From: a virus
Taxonomy: Duplodnaviria; Heunggongvirae; Uroviricota; Caudoviricetes
DNA length: 64,000 bases
Reading direction: 5' to 3' (one strand)
Virus record (IMG/VR): IMGVR_UViG_3300027994_000001
Span: 57,776 to 121,775 of that record
Positions 24,430-35,269 of the stretch are shown one piece after another; position 1 is the stretch's first letter; each line of letters opens with the position of its first letter. A program made the position numbers and the translations under genes. A model generated the notes under the pieces. It ran no database searches. It was not told the origin of the DNA and was given only the letters and a program-made list of their open reading frames with translations.

Positions 24430-25539
24430 TTAAAACGGAGAATTCACATCCTCTTTATCATCACTACTCCCAAAAGCATCATTAAGACTCATCAAAGGTG
24501 TCGGTGGAAACTTCTCTACTGTAAATGCTTCATTGTTGAAGACAGGAACGGTTGTTGAGAATGTTGGTGTATTAGTTGGATATTTATTTTTAAGCTCATC
24601 TGTTTTAAATATTTTTTCCGCGAAAACATCCTGAATATCTTTAATATCTGCATTTCTTCTTTTTAAATAAAAATAATACGAGACTCCTAAAGGCTCAAAA
24701 CTTGCTGTATTCCCGTTGTCGGAGTATAACTTATAATCTTCCAGCCAATCATAGCTATCTTTTCCAAAAATCATAAATTTATCCCTGATTCCTAATCTCC
24801 ACGGTAACATTTTAATATAAAGTACGTCGCACAGTTTAAGAAGTTGTCCCGAACCATACACATCTGATTCAATAGGTCTTTGATTTTTTATATTGTCTGC
24901 TCTCAGAATATAATTATCATTCATTTGATTGAGAATTATGAAGCAAATATAAGGATGTAAACCTTTAAGCCTATTAATTTCATACAGTAATGCATCCATA
25001 GCTGTCTTTTGACTGCCTTTTTCATCTAATACATTTTCCAGGTTATCAATAGAAACTACAATTTTTTTATCAGGGTATTTGGTGATAATACTTTCAATGT
25101 CAATAGCAAACTGCTTGGCGTTGACAGGTTCGTTCTGGTAATAGATATTATCATTCCTATGAGATTTACAAATTTCAGATAACTTCTTTAATTCCTCTTC
25201 TGATGGGTTGTTAAACAAAACCTGATCCATTGTTTGTCCTGTCCTTTGACAAATATCCCTAACTAATATTTTAAAAAACGTTAACTCCCAATTACAATTT
25301 ACAATTACAACATCATCTTGAGTATCAAGTAAGTGTCTTTGTATCCTTTCTAAATCATAGCTTTTTCCGTTTTGGGATCTTGCAATAATACCTAGAATCG
25401 TGGAAGGTAATAACCCACCCATCAAAACCTTATCTAAATGTGGAATTCCTACAGAAATTGGTTTTATCTCTCCCGTCTGAAACTTATTAATTAATGTTAC
25501 TGTGCTATTTGTAAGTTCTGTAGATTGGTATAAAGCCAT
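24430..25539 (-). CDS. DnaB-like replicative helicase (RecA-fold ATPase domain)
   Basis: ISVGIPHLDKVLMGGLLPSTILGIIARSQNGKS matches the DnaB C-domain GxxTGxxxLDxxxxGxxxGxLxxxAxRPxMGKT block (Walker A); VVSIDNLENV is Walker B-like. Confidence 0.7.
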   Translation of the reverse strand: MALYQSTELTNSTVTLINKFQTGEIKPISVGIPHLDKVLMGGLLPSTILGIIARSQNGKSYDLERIQRHLLDTQDDVVIVNCNWELTFFKILVRDICQRTGQTMDQVLFNNPSEEELKKLSEICKSHRNDNIYYQNEPVNAKQFAIDIESIITKYPDKKIVVSIDNLENVLDEKGSQKTAMDALLYEINRLKGLHPYICFIILNQMNDNYILRADNIKNQRPIESDVYGSGQLLKLCDVLYIKMLPWRLGIRDKFMIFGKDSYDWLEDYKLYSDNGNTASFEPLGVSYYFYLKRRNADIKDIQDVFAEKIFKTDELKNKYPTNTPTFSTTVPVFNNEAFTVEKFPPTPLMSLNDAFGSSDDKEDVNSPF

Positions 25540-25552
25540 ATTTTATATTTGA

Positions 25553-26200
25553 TTATTTTTTATTTCCCGCCTCATCTAAATTAGCTTCCCACATACTTTT
25601 AATGTACTGCTCGTTATCTTCATAGTAACGATAAAGGGGTGAATCAGCTAAAGTATAGTTCCTGGCGAAATGATTAGGTGGCGACCAAGCAATATTATCA
25701 GCCATTTGGTTTAAAACTCCTCTAGGATTTGCATCCATGAATTCTTTAACAGATAATCCTGAATTTGCATCATATGTATCTGAAAAATAACTTTGTATAA
25801 GAAGTGCAAGAAAATTACCTTGGATAGTTGTCACAGTTTTAAACCAATGAATCCTTCTGATAGTTTCCGTCTTATTTTTTATAATACCGCCACTTCTATT
25901 TTTAAATACTGAAAACACCCATTCGCCTATCTTTTTTGATTCGTCATCTGGTGCACCTTCAAAGGAAATAGAAATCAGCAGTTTCTTTAAAATATCAGAT
26001 GCTCTGAGCGTTGTATAGACATGATCTGTCTTTTTCTTTAGCTTGACCTCACTTATAAAATCTAATGTTTTAAAACGCTTTAAATCACTTTCTGTCAACT
26101 CTTTTAATAAATAATCAGTTTCTACTTGTTTAAGGGCTACTAGTAACTCAAGGTCTCCTCTTTGGAGGTTCTTTTCTATTGGGTTGAAATTTAAATACAT
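25553..26200 (-). CDS. hypothetical phage protein
   Basis: 215-aa ORF directly downstream of the helicase gene; overlapping start/stop with neighbours. Confidence 0.45.
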   Translation of the reverse strand: MYLNFNPIEKNLQRGDLELLVALKQVETDYLLKELTESDLKRFKTLDFISEVKLKKKTDHVYTTLRASDILKKLLISISFEGAPDDESKKIGEWVFSVFKNRSGGIIKNKTETIRRIHWFKTVTTIQGNFLALLIQSYFSDTYDANSGLSVKEFMDANPRGVLNQMADNIAWSPPNHFARNYTLADSPLYRYYEDNEQYIKSMWEANLDEAGNKK

Positions 26201-26201
26201 A

Positions 26202-26546
26202 TTAGCTAAGGATTACACTTATGTTTGGAAACTCTCTACTACACAGCTCTCTAATCTCTTCCATCGTGGCGTAATGCCTGCCATAAATTCTCTTAGAGCC
26301 GCAATAAACAGATAAGAACGGATCAAACCAGACTTCATTTCCTACAATGTCAATACTTTTAAAATCTCCTGTTTCGAATCGAAAGCCCCAATTGTCATAA
26401 TAACCTTCTTTTTGACCACGTGTTTTAAGCAGTAAACCAAAAAATACTCTTTCTTCAACTATTTCATCTTTCCATATATACCCAGACGGACTAGCTGGTG
26501 TAATTTCTATATGTGTTGCTTTTTGTGGATTTATTCTTGTTTCCAT
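26202..26546 (-). CDS. hypothetical protein (start probably at internal Met, not 26651)
   Basis: The long ORF version overlaps the upstream ORF 26549..26875 by 100 nt. An internal ATG at 26546 abuts that ORF's stop in an ATGA-type overlap. Confidence 0.4.
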   Translation of the reverse strand: METRINPQKATHIEITPASPSGYIWKDEIVEERVFFGLLLKTRGQKEGYYDNWGFRFETGDFKSIDIVGNEVWFDPFLSVYCGSKRIYGRHYATMEEIRELCSREFPNISVILS

Positions 26547-26847
26547 ACTTATTCTTCTGTTTTTGGATATAATTCTTTTGCCGAGTATTCTATAATTCCT
26601 GCCTCCGATAGTTCCACTACGATCCACTCTTCTGGAATATTGTTCTGCCATTTATTAATGTAACCCTCTGGTGTGCGTTTATATGTATCACAAAACTGTC
26701 TTAAATGTAATTTTACAGCTTGTTTACTTCCCCATACTTTACCTCTTGAAGTGAAATTTGGATAATGACCGCCTGTAGAAAACTTACCAATGTTATTCTT
26801 TATCTTGATTGCTTTCATAAGGTTCATATTTATTGCATCTAAGTTGT

Positions 26848-28215
26848 TCATAGCTCTTTCTCTAATAGTTTGCAAATATATTTCGATAAATTGGTGACTA
26901 CATTACCTTTTTGTGTTAAATCAATGTATTGTATTATGAACTCGTGAAAGTCAGTTTCTACATTGAAGTCTTCATCTATGATAACACAATTATTAAATCT
27001 ATCCATTATTGATTTTGAACCTTTAAGTTTTGCTCTTTTTACTTCAATGTCTAGGTCGAATTTGTACTTATTTTTTATTTCCGCGGCAAAAGAACTGATA
27101 AGAATCTCTCCTTCTTCATTCTCAACAGCAGGTTCAGCATAAGGCTCTGGTGGACTTTCAACAGTAACATTATCAGAGTAACTCCAGATATGGTCAGCAA
27201 TATTAGAAATTTTACGACCAGCAATTTTGCAATCTTTTCTGATTTTAATTTTCTCCATAATCCAATCATAAGACTTGACATCTCCATGCTTTTCATAAAT
27301 TTCAAAAGCAATATCGTGAACTAGATCCGGTGCAGAACTCCAACAACCCCTATTAGCCAAAAATTCTTTATTTTCACAAGTAAAGTCTTTGGTTATTATT
27401 TCACGAAGAAATTCTTCATTCTTGGTATTCATTATAGCATTACAAATTTCACCTTCAACTTCATACACATTTGATAAAATCCTTCTCTCATCAATTTGCG
27501 CATTCTTCACATTGAAAGCATATCGGCTAGGGACATTCTCATCTTTATAAACTAAGATGTTTTGTTTGTAAATTCTTAAATATTTTTCCTTGTTCCTTAA
27601 TATTTCTACTGAATCTGAAATCTTATAAATTGGCTCTTCTTCATTAATATACAAATGGCGATTATTCCAAATCTCAGCAAATTCTGAGTTTTCTTCAAAT
27701 TCTAATTTAAAAATAGTCCCATAAGAAGCAGACGTACACTCGTCTTCAAAATACTGACCACCTTCATCAGTCATATTAGAAAAAATTTCTCGGAGCAACA
27801 TCCACAAACTCCAGTCTATACCTAACTTAGGACTATACCCTGTCTGAATAATTTCTGGATCATAATCTCCGCCCTCAAGATCTTCACAATGAACGGAAAA
27901 GAAAGATTGTTTTGAAACAGATTTAGTAATTTGAATTAATTCTTTTTCCTTCTCTGTTTGTTCGCATACCTCATTATATGTATCAATAGTGTACAGAGTT
28001 TCACACTGTCTGTCCTCATATTCTCCAAAAGGTTCTGTATGAAATACTTTAACAGACATATCAACATTGTTTCTCAAAGCCAGAGCCATAGAATAGCACA
28101 ATCCAGAGTTGTATTTACCCACGAGAGTTTCATCATCAGCTTTATCAGAACCTCCCATAGAAAATAAATCTAAGTGGGAAAGTAAAGTAGGGGTCTTAAA
28201 ATATATTGCTTTCAT
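26848..28215 (-). CDS. hypothetical protein (455 aa)
   Basis: Long uninterrupted minus-strand ORF in a co-directional array; no recognisable motif. Confidence 0.5.
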   Translation of the reverse strand: MKAIYFKTPTLLSHLDLFSMGGSDKADDETLVGKYNSGLCYSMALALRNNVDMSVKVFHTEPFGEYEDRQCETLYTIDTYNEVCEQTEKEKELIQITKSVSKQSFFSVHCEDLEGGDYDPEIIQTGYSPKLGIDWSLWMLLREIFSNMTDEGGQYFEDECTSASYGTIFKLEFEENSEFAEIWNNRHLYINEEEPIYKISDSVEILRNKEKYLRIYKQNILVYKDENVPSRYAFNVKNAQIDERRILSNVYEVEGEICNAIMNTKNEEFLREIITKDFTCENKEFLANRGCWSSAPDLVHDIAFEIYEKHGDVKSYDWIMEKIKIRKDCKIAGRKISNIADHIWSYSDNVTVESPPEPYAEPAVENEEGEILISSFAAEIKNKYKFDLDIEVKRAKLKGSKSIMDRFNNCVIIDEDFNVETDFHEFIIQYIDLTQKGNVVTNLSKYICKLLEKEL

Positions 28216-28218
28216 AGT

Positions 28219-28238
28219 TTAAATTTAAAACCCTCCTA
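28219..28238 (-). terminator. candidate intrinsic terminator
   Basis: Minus-strand read CCCTC-ttag-GAGGG followed by TTTTAAATTT, directly 3' of ORF 28251..28532. Confidence 0.4.
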
Positions 28239-28543
28239 AGAGGGCTGTGATTAGTCTTGGGCTAAAATCTCTTTCTCGAACTGCTCATAAAGTTTAGCAG
28301 ACTCTTTTAATTCTAAAATCTTAGCAAATAAAACTTCTACTGTTGATTTGTCTAAAGGTGTGTTAGAAGCTAATCTTTCTTCTAGTGCTTCTTCTGCCAC
28401 CTCAATAGAGTCCTCAAGATCTCTCTTAGCTTTCTTAATAAATTTAGCATCTTTTGCAAGTGTATTGCTAATCACTGTTGTTACGTTTTGACCTTCTGTA
28501 AGGTTGCTCTCTAGTAAACTTCTTCTATTCATGGTTTTTGTTT

Positions 28544-28732
28544 TTAAATGGCTCGATAGCCGTTGTTTGTTAATCTAATTTTATTATCGTCAATTAATTC
28601 TCCTATACATCTGATAACGCTGTATCTGGAACAGTTTAGTTTTGTCTTGATGTATTCTGTGTTTATTACTTCTTTTCCGGCGAATAATGCTAGAATCTGT
28701 TCTGCCGTTATTTTATTATATTTGTGTGCCAA
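28544..28732 (-). CDS. small winged-helix/HTH DNA-binding protein
   Basis: 62 aa; SRYSVIRCIGELIDDNKIRL resembles an HTH recognition helix plus wing. Confidence 0.35.
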   Translation of the reverse strand: MAHKYNKITAEQILALFAGKEVINTEYIKTKLNCSRYSVIRCIGELIDDNKIRLTNNGYRAI

Positions 28733-29020
28733 TTTTTAAGGTAATTTACTATAAAGTTCGACTTGATCCCCTATAACATTTACACTGTCTACTCTCTTAA
28801 TTTTAGCTATATAATCTTTCAAAATCCTATTTTCTTTTTCTACTCCATTTTCTACAAATCTTACTTTAGGCTCAGAAATTGCGTGTGATTCGTGCTCTGT
28901 ATATTCATACTCCATTTCAGAAATACTCATAATATCTTTCACTTCTTTAGTTGTTAAAATTCTATCGGATAAAGCTTGTCCTAAACTTTCTTTCCAGTAT
29001 TCAAAATTTTTCATATTTAT

Positions 29021-29052
29021 TTTTTATTTCGCGCAAAAAGATTTAAACAGAA
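29021..29052 (-). promoter_or_regulatory. copy of recurrent motif
   Basis: TTTTATTTCGCGCAAAAAGATTTAAACAGAAG, about 15 nt upstream of the ATG of ORF 28736..29014. Confidence 0.3.
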
Positions 29053-29787
29053 GTTTTTATTCTCCAAATTATAATTCCTAATATAATTATTGTTGTTATT
29101 ACTGTGTAGACAAAAGTCTTGTTTGCTTTTTTCTTCTCTAATTCTGTCATCAATAATAGTAGTTTAGAATTTTAATGGAGTCCGTCTCTTTTTCTCCTTT
29201 ATACATATACTCATAAGTTACAGTTCCAAAGAAACAAGATTCGTATTTTTCAGTTGATCTTTTAAATATTCTTTCACCTTCTTTTCCGTACCACTCATCT
29301 ATTTTTGAAAATAGTCCTTCTAGTGTTTCGTCGGCGAATTCTGGACTTGTGTCGTCTGACCAGTGTGCCAAATATACTTGTTTCATAATTAATTTTTTGT
29401 AAAGTTAATCATATTTTCCGCAAAAACAAATAAAACAGCAATTATTTATTAAACTTTTTTAAAATCCTGCTGACATTCGCCTCCATACCACTACCATCTA
29501 ATTCAAAAGCCATTAACATCTGAGCCATAAATATCTTATTGGGTATATTTCTCACAGCAAAGCTTTTTATTGCATATTCATAATTATCCTGAACTGACAT
29601 CAAAGTCTCAGCATCTAAATTGAAGGCCTTATTGAAATCATCTACAGTGTCTTTTTCTAATTCTATTATAAGCGATTTAATGAGATTTACTTTTTTGTGC
29701 CGGAATAAAGACGTTCGTTTAAATGCTTCCAGGTTTTCTATAAGGAGCTGTTGTTGAATTATTATATCTAGGCTTAATATGGTGTTT

Positions 29788-30153
29788 TTATCCATGTATT
29801 ATTATTTCTTCCATTGTATTTAATTTTGAAGCTACTACTATACAGCCTGTTTCCTCAAATTCTTTTATTGCTTTTCCAACAGCCCCTCTTGGTATATTCA
29901 ACATTCTGCTTACTTTGTTTACCCCGCCGAACTTCAAATAAAACTCTATAATAGCTATCTTCCTAACATGATTTTCAGTTTTTTTAGCTTCTGGAAAGAT
30001 AACAGGTTTATAATTTATAAGTTCTTTTATCTGTTTTTTACTAAAGGTTATGTTAACCCCTTTAAACTTTCCTTCTAATCTTAAAACATGTGCTCGGCGG
30101 TATAAAGCAGAAACGGGGATGTTATATTTAACTGAAATTTCTTTGTACGTCAT
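29788..30153 (-). CDS. HTH-domain protein (two helix-turn-helix-like segments)
   Basis: MTYKEISVKYNIPVSALYRRA and VNKVSRMLNIPRGAVGKAIKEF both resemble HTH DNA-binding motifs. Confidence 0.4.
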   Translation of the reverse strand: MTYKEISVKYNIPVSALYRRAHVLRLEGKFKGVNITFSKKQIKELINYKPVIFPEAKKTENHVRKIAIIEFYLKFGGVNKVSRMLNIPRGAVGKAIKEFEETGCIVVASKLNTMEEIIIHG

Positions 30154-31523
30154 TTGGATGTTCTTTTTCTAATGTACTCTCCAATGCATATGCATAACGA
30201 TATTTACTATCTTTATATTTCTCTGCTATTGTGTGCTCCTCTTTTCCGAACTTCCTAAAGCTGTATGGTGGATTAAACTCCATAGCAATTAATAATGTTG
30301 TAGGCGTGTATCCACAGACAAAACCAAAGACTCCTCCATAAGTTACCTTCTTGTCTGCCCATTTATCATATAGTATTTTCATTTTGGCTTGTATTAATTA
30401 AACTGCATGAACTCTTTGTTCAAACGTTCTAAAAGTTCTGTATTATAATCCACTTTTGCAATCAATTCCTCTAAAGTTTTTGATTCGTTTTGTGTGGTAT
30501 CTACAAAGTGTTTTAAGGCACTGCCTACACGTGGATAATAGTAAGGTTCAGTGTATAGAAATTCTTCCTGCTCTTCTGTCTTTTTATTTTTTCTTTCGCG
30601 AATTTCTGAGAAAATTAAAATAACGCCATTATCTGAATCCGGCTCTAAGTGCCACTCGTTGTTTAACTCTATCTTACTACTTTTGCTGAATATATTGTTC
30701 ATATTATTTATTTTTATAAGTATCCAAAAGCAATTGCTGCTGTTTCACCAATGTCACATAAATTACCATTGTCTTCATCAAAGTCACAGTCATTCTCTGC
30801 ATCATAAGTCGGCTCATCATAATATTTACCAATCTCCTCATCAAGTGCATTCCACTTATCTGTTATTCTCTGTAAGTAATTTAATTTCTCTATTACTTCT
30901 GTTGTAGTTAATACTACTCCGTCTTTAAGCACGAGTGCCCCATCTTGTGTGTACATGTTTATTGTTGTTTTAAGTTTATTTTCCGGCGAAAAAGAAGTAA
31001 CATACAGAGACTATTATAAGAAAAACAATAATGAAACCTACAAAACTGAAATCATCATCTCCATCTCCGCCTGTAGGGTTAGAAGTAATTTCGTAATAGT
31101 AAATAGGGTCATTTTCTTTTAACCACCTCATGTAATTTTCTTTACAGTCATTTGGATTATGTTCATCTAATTCTTGCATAACTATTCTGTATAAGTTAAT
31201 TTAATTCCAGTAAAAATTTCTGTATACCAAGCATCATGCGGATCTCCTCCTGGTTCTGCATGTGTTTCAGTTATTTCTCTGATTTCAACTTCTTTTGCGG
31301 AAATTCCAAGCTTTTCGGATAATATCTCTTTTAAGTCATCTATAGTGAATACAGCTTCTACTGTTATTGTTGTTTTGATTTCCATTTTTCGCGCAATAAA
31401 ATTAATAAATAAAAAATAGTAGCTTACCTACCAGCACAAGTCCTACGTTCTTACTTGATTACGAGTGAACCTGTAGTGCCACCAAATCCGCCGTTTTATT
31501 TTCTTCCTTTCGGCTTGGAATTC

Positions 31524-32465
31524 TTATTTCAAATTAACTAAAGTTCCATTTGCTCCCCCAACAACTGTATTTGAAAGTTTTCCATCCCAACGTTGAGCTT
31601 TCATGTACTCAATATAAATAGGAGATAGTTTCTTTTGTTTAATCTCTAAAGATAATGCTTCCGCCGAGGCTTTAATTACAACTGTTGCTGAATCTCCTTT
31701 TGCTATTGCTATCTTTCTTTGTGCATCTGCTGTTGCTGCCTTAGCTTGTGACTCAGAGGTAATTGCATCTTGAACGGCTTTTGCTTTGGCATTAATTGAA
31801 CTTACAATAGATCCAGGCGGTTGAATATTTGTTTTCAACTGAGAAATAAAAAACCATTTACCAACTCTTTTATTGGCTTCAACTACAATAGCCGCTTCAA
31901 ACTGCTGACGGTTGTTAAAAATATCATCTATTACAAACCTATTAGCTACATCATTAACTGCTCCTAGAATTGCTGTTTGTAACCATCCTTGTTCAATTGC
32001 TTCTAGACCACCTCTTTTAAATGTTGACCTTAGATTGGTAAACATATCCGCAGCGGCATGTTCTTTTACAGAATAATTAAATGTTGGATGAATATCGCAG
32101 GGAAAACCTCCCTTAGCAATAATAGTAGATTTAGGGTAAACAATGTTTCTTTGGTCTAAAGCAACTTCATGTAATTCCTGCGTATAAGAATTAAATAAAA
32201 CTAATCCTGATACTTCTTTAATAGCCGAAGCTCCACGAGTATCTCCAATTAGATTAACGGCTAATCCTTTGTAACCCGCTTCCACTTTCTTTAAAGAATA
32301 AGGTTGTAATAAAATAAGTAGAAGAAATACCACTGCTGCAACTACAGGTTTGTAGTGGAATTTTAGATTTCCATCTGGAAGAGTCTCTATTAAAGTTAAT
32401 TTTTTCTGAGCAAATAAAGCTCCAAATACTACTACGAAAATAATTAGTAAAATTGTTGTTACCAT
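31524..32465 (-). CDS. SPFH/band-7 (prohibitin/HflK-C-like) membrane protein
   Basis: N-terminal transmembrane helix followed by a band-7 core and a Lys/Ala-rich coiled-coil tail (AKAKAVQDAITSESQAKAATADAQRKIAIAKGD). Confidence 0.7.
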   Translation of the reverse strand: MVTTILLIIFVVVFGALFAQKKLTLIETLPDGNLKFHYKPVVAAVVFLLLILLQPYSLKKVEAGYKGLAVNLIGDTRGASAIKEVSGLVLFNSYTQELHEVALDQRNIVYPKSTIIAKGGFPCDIHPTFNYSVKEHAAADMFTNLRSTFKRGGLEAIEQGWLQTAILGAVNDVANRFVIDDIFNNRQQFEAAIVVEANKRVGKWFFISQLKTNIQPPGSIVSSINAKAKAVQDAITSESQAKAATADAQRKIAIAKGDSATVVIKASAEALSLEIKQKKLSPIYIEYMKAQRWDGKLSNTVVGGANGTLVNLK

Positions 32466-32784
32466 GTCTAATTTTTATGTTTATAATTTATTACTGCAAA
32501 CCTACAACCTTTATTTCACTTACGCAAGGAAAATCCAAAAAATTTCGCCGGAAAAAGAAAATTAATCAGGAATCTCCATCCACCTCACAACATCACCAAG
32601 CTCATACTCATCATTACTAGTATACCAATCATTAAAATCTGATCCATCTATAAATCCTGAATACAAAACAGCTACATAATAATCATTGTGCTCATCTTGG
32701 ACTAATACTTCATCGCTTTTCTTTCCGTCCCAATACCCTTCTTTATATGTTATTGGGAGTTCTTTGTCTGTATATTTCCACATG

Positions 32785-33492
32785 TTATTTTGCGAAGTAT
32801 TTATTGTAAACCGTTACATATTCACTAATTTCTTCTACTACTCTTGTAACTTTATCCAAAGCGTATTTCACTCTTTCCTCGGTATATTGTAAGGGTATAT
32901 AAAATTGCTCTGTTGATAAGTTCAAAGGCGGTTTGATATGTGATCCAGTTCTTCGACAAAACCACACACCCATTTCATTAATTGTATAACCTTCTAAAAC
33001 CAAGGCATAACAGTATAATAACAATTGTATGTAACTTTCCTTAGTATATTCAGCCTCTTTTTTAGCTCCCCCTGTCTTTATATCTTTCGAATTACATACG
33101 TTATCACCTAGATCTTCAAAAATATCTATAAAACCAATGACAACGAATTCTCCCATATCAATAAGGATCATCCTTTCATAAACAGTATTTTCACGTCTAG
33201 GAATTAGACTTATATTTTCCCCACCCGTAAATCCATGAGCATTAGGCTGTACTTCATTCAATTCTACTGTAGTTCCTACCCAAGAACCAAAATTTGCATA
33301 TACAGATTCTGGTAACTTAATACCTGCTAATTTCTGTTTAATAAAATCTGTTCTGTAATCTTCCCAAGAGGAGACAGTAGAATAACTGATATAAAATTTA
33401 CCTAAATGTGGTTCAATTAATTTTTCATTGCCTTCATAGAACCAATTGTCCTTACTTAATTTCGAGGGTAAATTTATTTTTACTTTTGTCAT
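32785..33492 (-). CDS. PD-(D/E)XK nuclease, RecB/Cas4-like
   Basis: GFIDIFED...DIKTGG (D...D/E-x-K) followed by the QxxxY motif as YIQLLLYCYAL. Confidence 0.55.
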   Translation of the reverse strand: MTKVKINLPSKLSKDNWFYEGNEKLIEPHLGKFYISYSTVSSWEDYRTDFIKQKLAGIKLPESVYANFGSWVGTTVELNEVQPNAHGFTGGENISLIPRRENTVYERMILIDMGEFVVIGFIDIFEDLGDNVCNSKDIKTGGAKKEAEYTKESYIQLLLYCYALVLEGYTINEMGVWFCRRTGSHIKPPLNLSTEQFYIPLQYTEERVKYALDKVTRVVEEISEYVTVYNKYFAK

Positions 33493-34431
33493 TTATATTG
33501 TTGCTAAAAATGTGTCTACTTCTTTTGTTTTTTTCTCTATTGTGGCTTTTGAATCTTGCTGATTATTGATGAAGTCATTTAAAATGTATACTCCTAAAAT
33601 CATTTCTCTAACAATCTCTCTATCACGTTTAGTTAATTTCTTCTTTTTCAACTGCTCTTCTAAGCCTGCTCTTATTTCCAAAGTCATTGCTTGTGATTTG
33701 TATAACTCTTGTAAAAAATTAACTGGTTTTACTGGCTCTACATCTTTAACTTTCTGTTCTACTAAGAGAGTCTTTAAAGGTGTTAACTCGAAAAGTTTTC
33801 TATGTGTTTGTGACAGCACCTCTATCTTTTTTATCGCCGAAATCTTCAAAGCCTCAAAATTCTCAGAATTATAGTAAGTAAACTCGTCTTCATAGGGAAT
33901 TATTCCCTCTTTATCTATATTTAGAATACTTGCAATTTCTTCTAATGAAAAAGAATAACGCCCTGCCCCCTTATAATATTGTTTCAGATCAAATCCAGAC
34001 AAATTCCAACTTTTTAAACCCTTGTACTTTAAGTCTGGGTGTGGAGGATTCAAATGACTGTTAGCATCTAATCTCACTCCAATATAAGGTAATACAATTT
34101 CGGCATCAAAATGGACTAGGTTATATTCTTGAAACTGTGTTTTAACCAGATTAACAAAATTCTGTAGTAAATCCACTTCTGTTCCTATAATATATTTAAC
34201 TCTGAGTTCACCATTGTGCTCAAAACCAATGATAATTGATGTTATAGCGGAAAAAAGAGGATTGCGCCATGCATTTAATCTAAACTTATCTTCTAATTCT
34301 TCATCCTCATACAATTCTCTCTGTTGATAATCCTTTTTGTATTTATTTTGAAACAATTGCAGCTCTTTGTCTGTAGGTACGACTGTTTGACTTGATTGGT
34401 AACTCCAATATAATACTTTTTTACTTTCCAT
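33493..34431 (-). CDS. hypothetical protein, possibly degenerate RNase-H-fold / PolB-exonuclease-like
   Basis: Weak Exo II-like NLVHFDAEIVLPY; no clear Exo I. Located between the PD-(D/E)XK and DnaQ-like nucleases. Confidence 0.3.
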   Translation of the reverse strand: MESKKVLYWSYQSSQTVVPTDKELQLFQNKYKKDYQQRELYEDEELEDKFRLNAWRNPLFSAITSIIIGFEHNGELRVKYIIGTEVDLLQNFVNLVKTQFQEYNLVHFDAEIVLPYIGVRLDANSHLNPPHPDLKYKGLKSWNLSGFDLKQYYKGAGRYSFSLEEIASILNIDKEGIIPYEDEFTYYNSENFEALKISAIKKIEVLSQTHRKLFELTPLKTLLVEQKVKDVEPVKPVNFLQELYKSQAMTLEIRAGLEEQLKKKKLTKRDREIVREMILGVYILNDFINNQQDSKATIEKKTKEVDTFLATI

Positions 34432-34434
34432 AAT

Positions 34435-35199
34435 TTATTCTTTTCCTAATAATTGTTTAATTTTAATTTTTGTTTCCGCAGGGAAGTCCTTACCGAGCAT
34501 CCAGTTGGCAAATCCAGGATTATCAACTACTGAGAGGTTTACATCCTTTCCAAAGCCATACCTGATAATCCTATCTTTATCTACATACAGACTTCCGTTA
34601 AGATCAAATCTTCTTTGCTCTCCTTGTAAATATTCGTCTATATCTTTTATAGTTTCAATTGGTGTTTCAGATTGTTGAATTAACACAGGTAATAAAATAT
34701 CCGCAATTTCCTTTGTGGCTTTTATATCAAAGACAGCACCATGCGCTCCCTCTAATTCTTTTCCTGTCAGTCTTTTATAAACATCCGATAAAGTATTAGG
34801 AAATAGTTTTCTATATAATTTTAAAATATCATATAAATTAGGATTCCACGTAATTCCTTCCAAACCTGCACGCTCGAATTCTGCTGATAAAAGTGGTACA
34901 TCATATTTATCTGAATTGAATCCCGCTAGATCACACCCACCAAACCATTTTCTAATAGCTTGGGCGTATTGTTTAAATACAGGTAAATCTTTCACCATGT
35001 CATCTGTTATTCCATGAACTTCCGAAGCTTCAACAGGAATTGGTATTTCTGGATTTACCAAAATTGTTTTTTCCTCTTGTGTGCCATCAGGATTATACTT
35101 TATACATGCTAATTCAATGATTCTTGCTGTCTGTGTTTCTACAGACGTGCTTTCAATATCAAAAAATATAATAGGTTTTTCTAATTTCATAATCTCCAC
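34435..35199 (-). CDS. DnaQ-like (DEDDh) 3'-5' exonuclease
   Basis: Exo I FFDIESTS, Exo II AGFNSDKYDVPLL, Exo III AHGAVFDIKAT. Confidence 0.8.
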   Translation of the reverse strand: MEIMKLEKPIIFFDIESTSVETQTARIIELACIKYNPDGTQEEKTILVNPEIPIPVEASEVHGITDDMVKDLPVFKQYAQAIRKWFGGCDLAGFNSDKYDVPLLSAEFERAGLEGITWNPNLYDILKLYRKLFPNTLSDVYKRLTGKELEGAHGAVFDIKATKEIADILLPVLIQQSETPIETIKDIDEYLQGEQRRFDLNGSLYVDKDRIIRYGFGKDVNLSVVDNPGFANWMLGKDFPAETKIKIKQLLGKE

Positions 35200-35269
35200 T
35201 TTATTTTAACTTGTTCTTGAATTCTTAAACACGTCTGGGTATAACTCCAGAGCCTCTTTTAAATCGTTT

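Noticed and set aside
26848-28215. GHKL/Bergerat-fold ATPase in the 455-aa ORF (EIFSNMTDEGG resembling an N-box, GKYNSGL resembling a G-box)
   Set aside because: The candidate boxes are in the wrong order for a GHKL domain and nothing else supports it; left as hypothetical.
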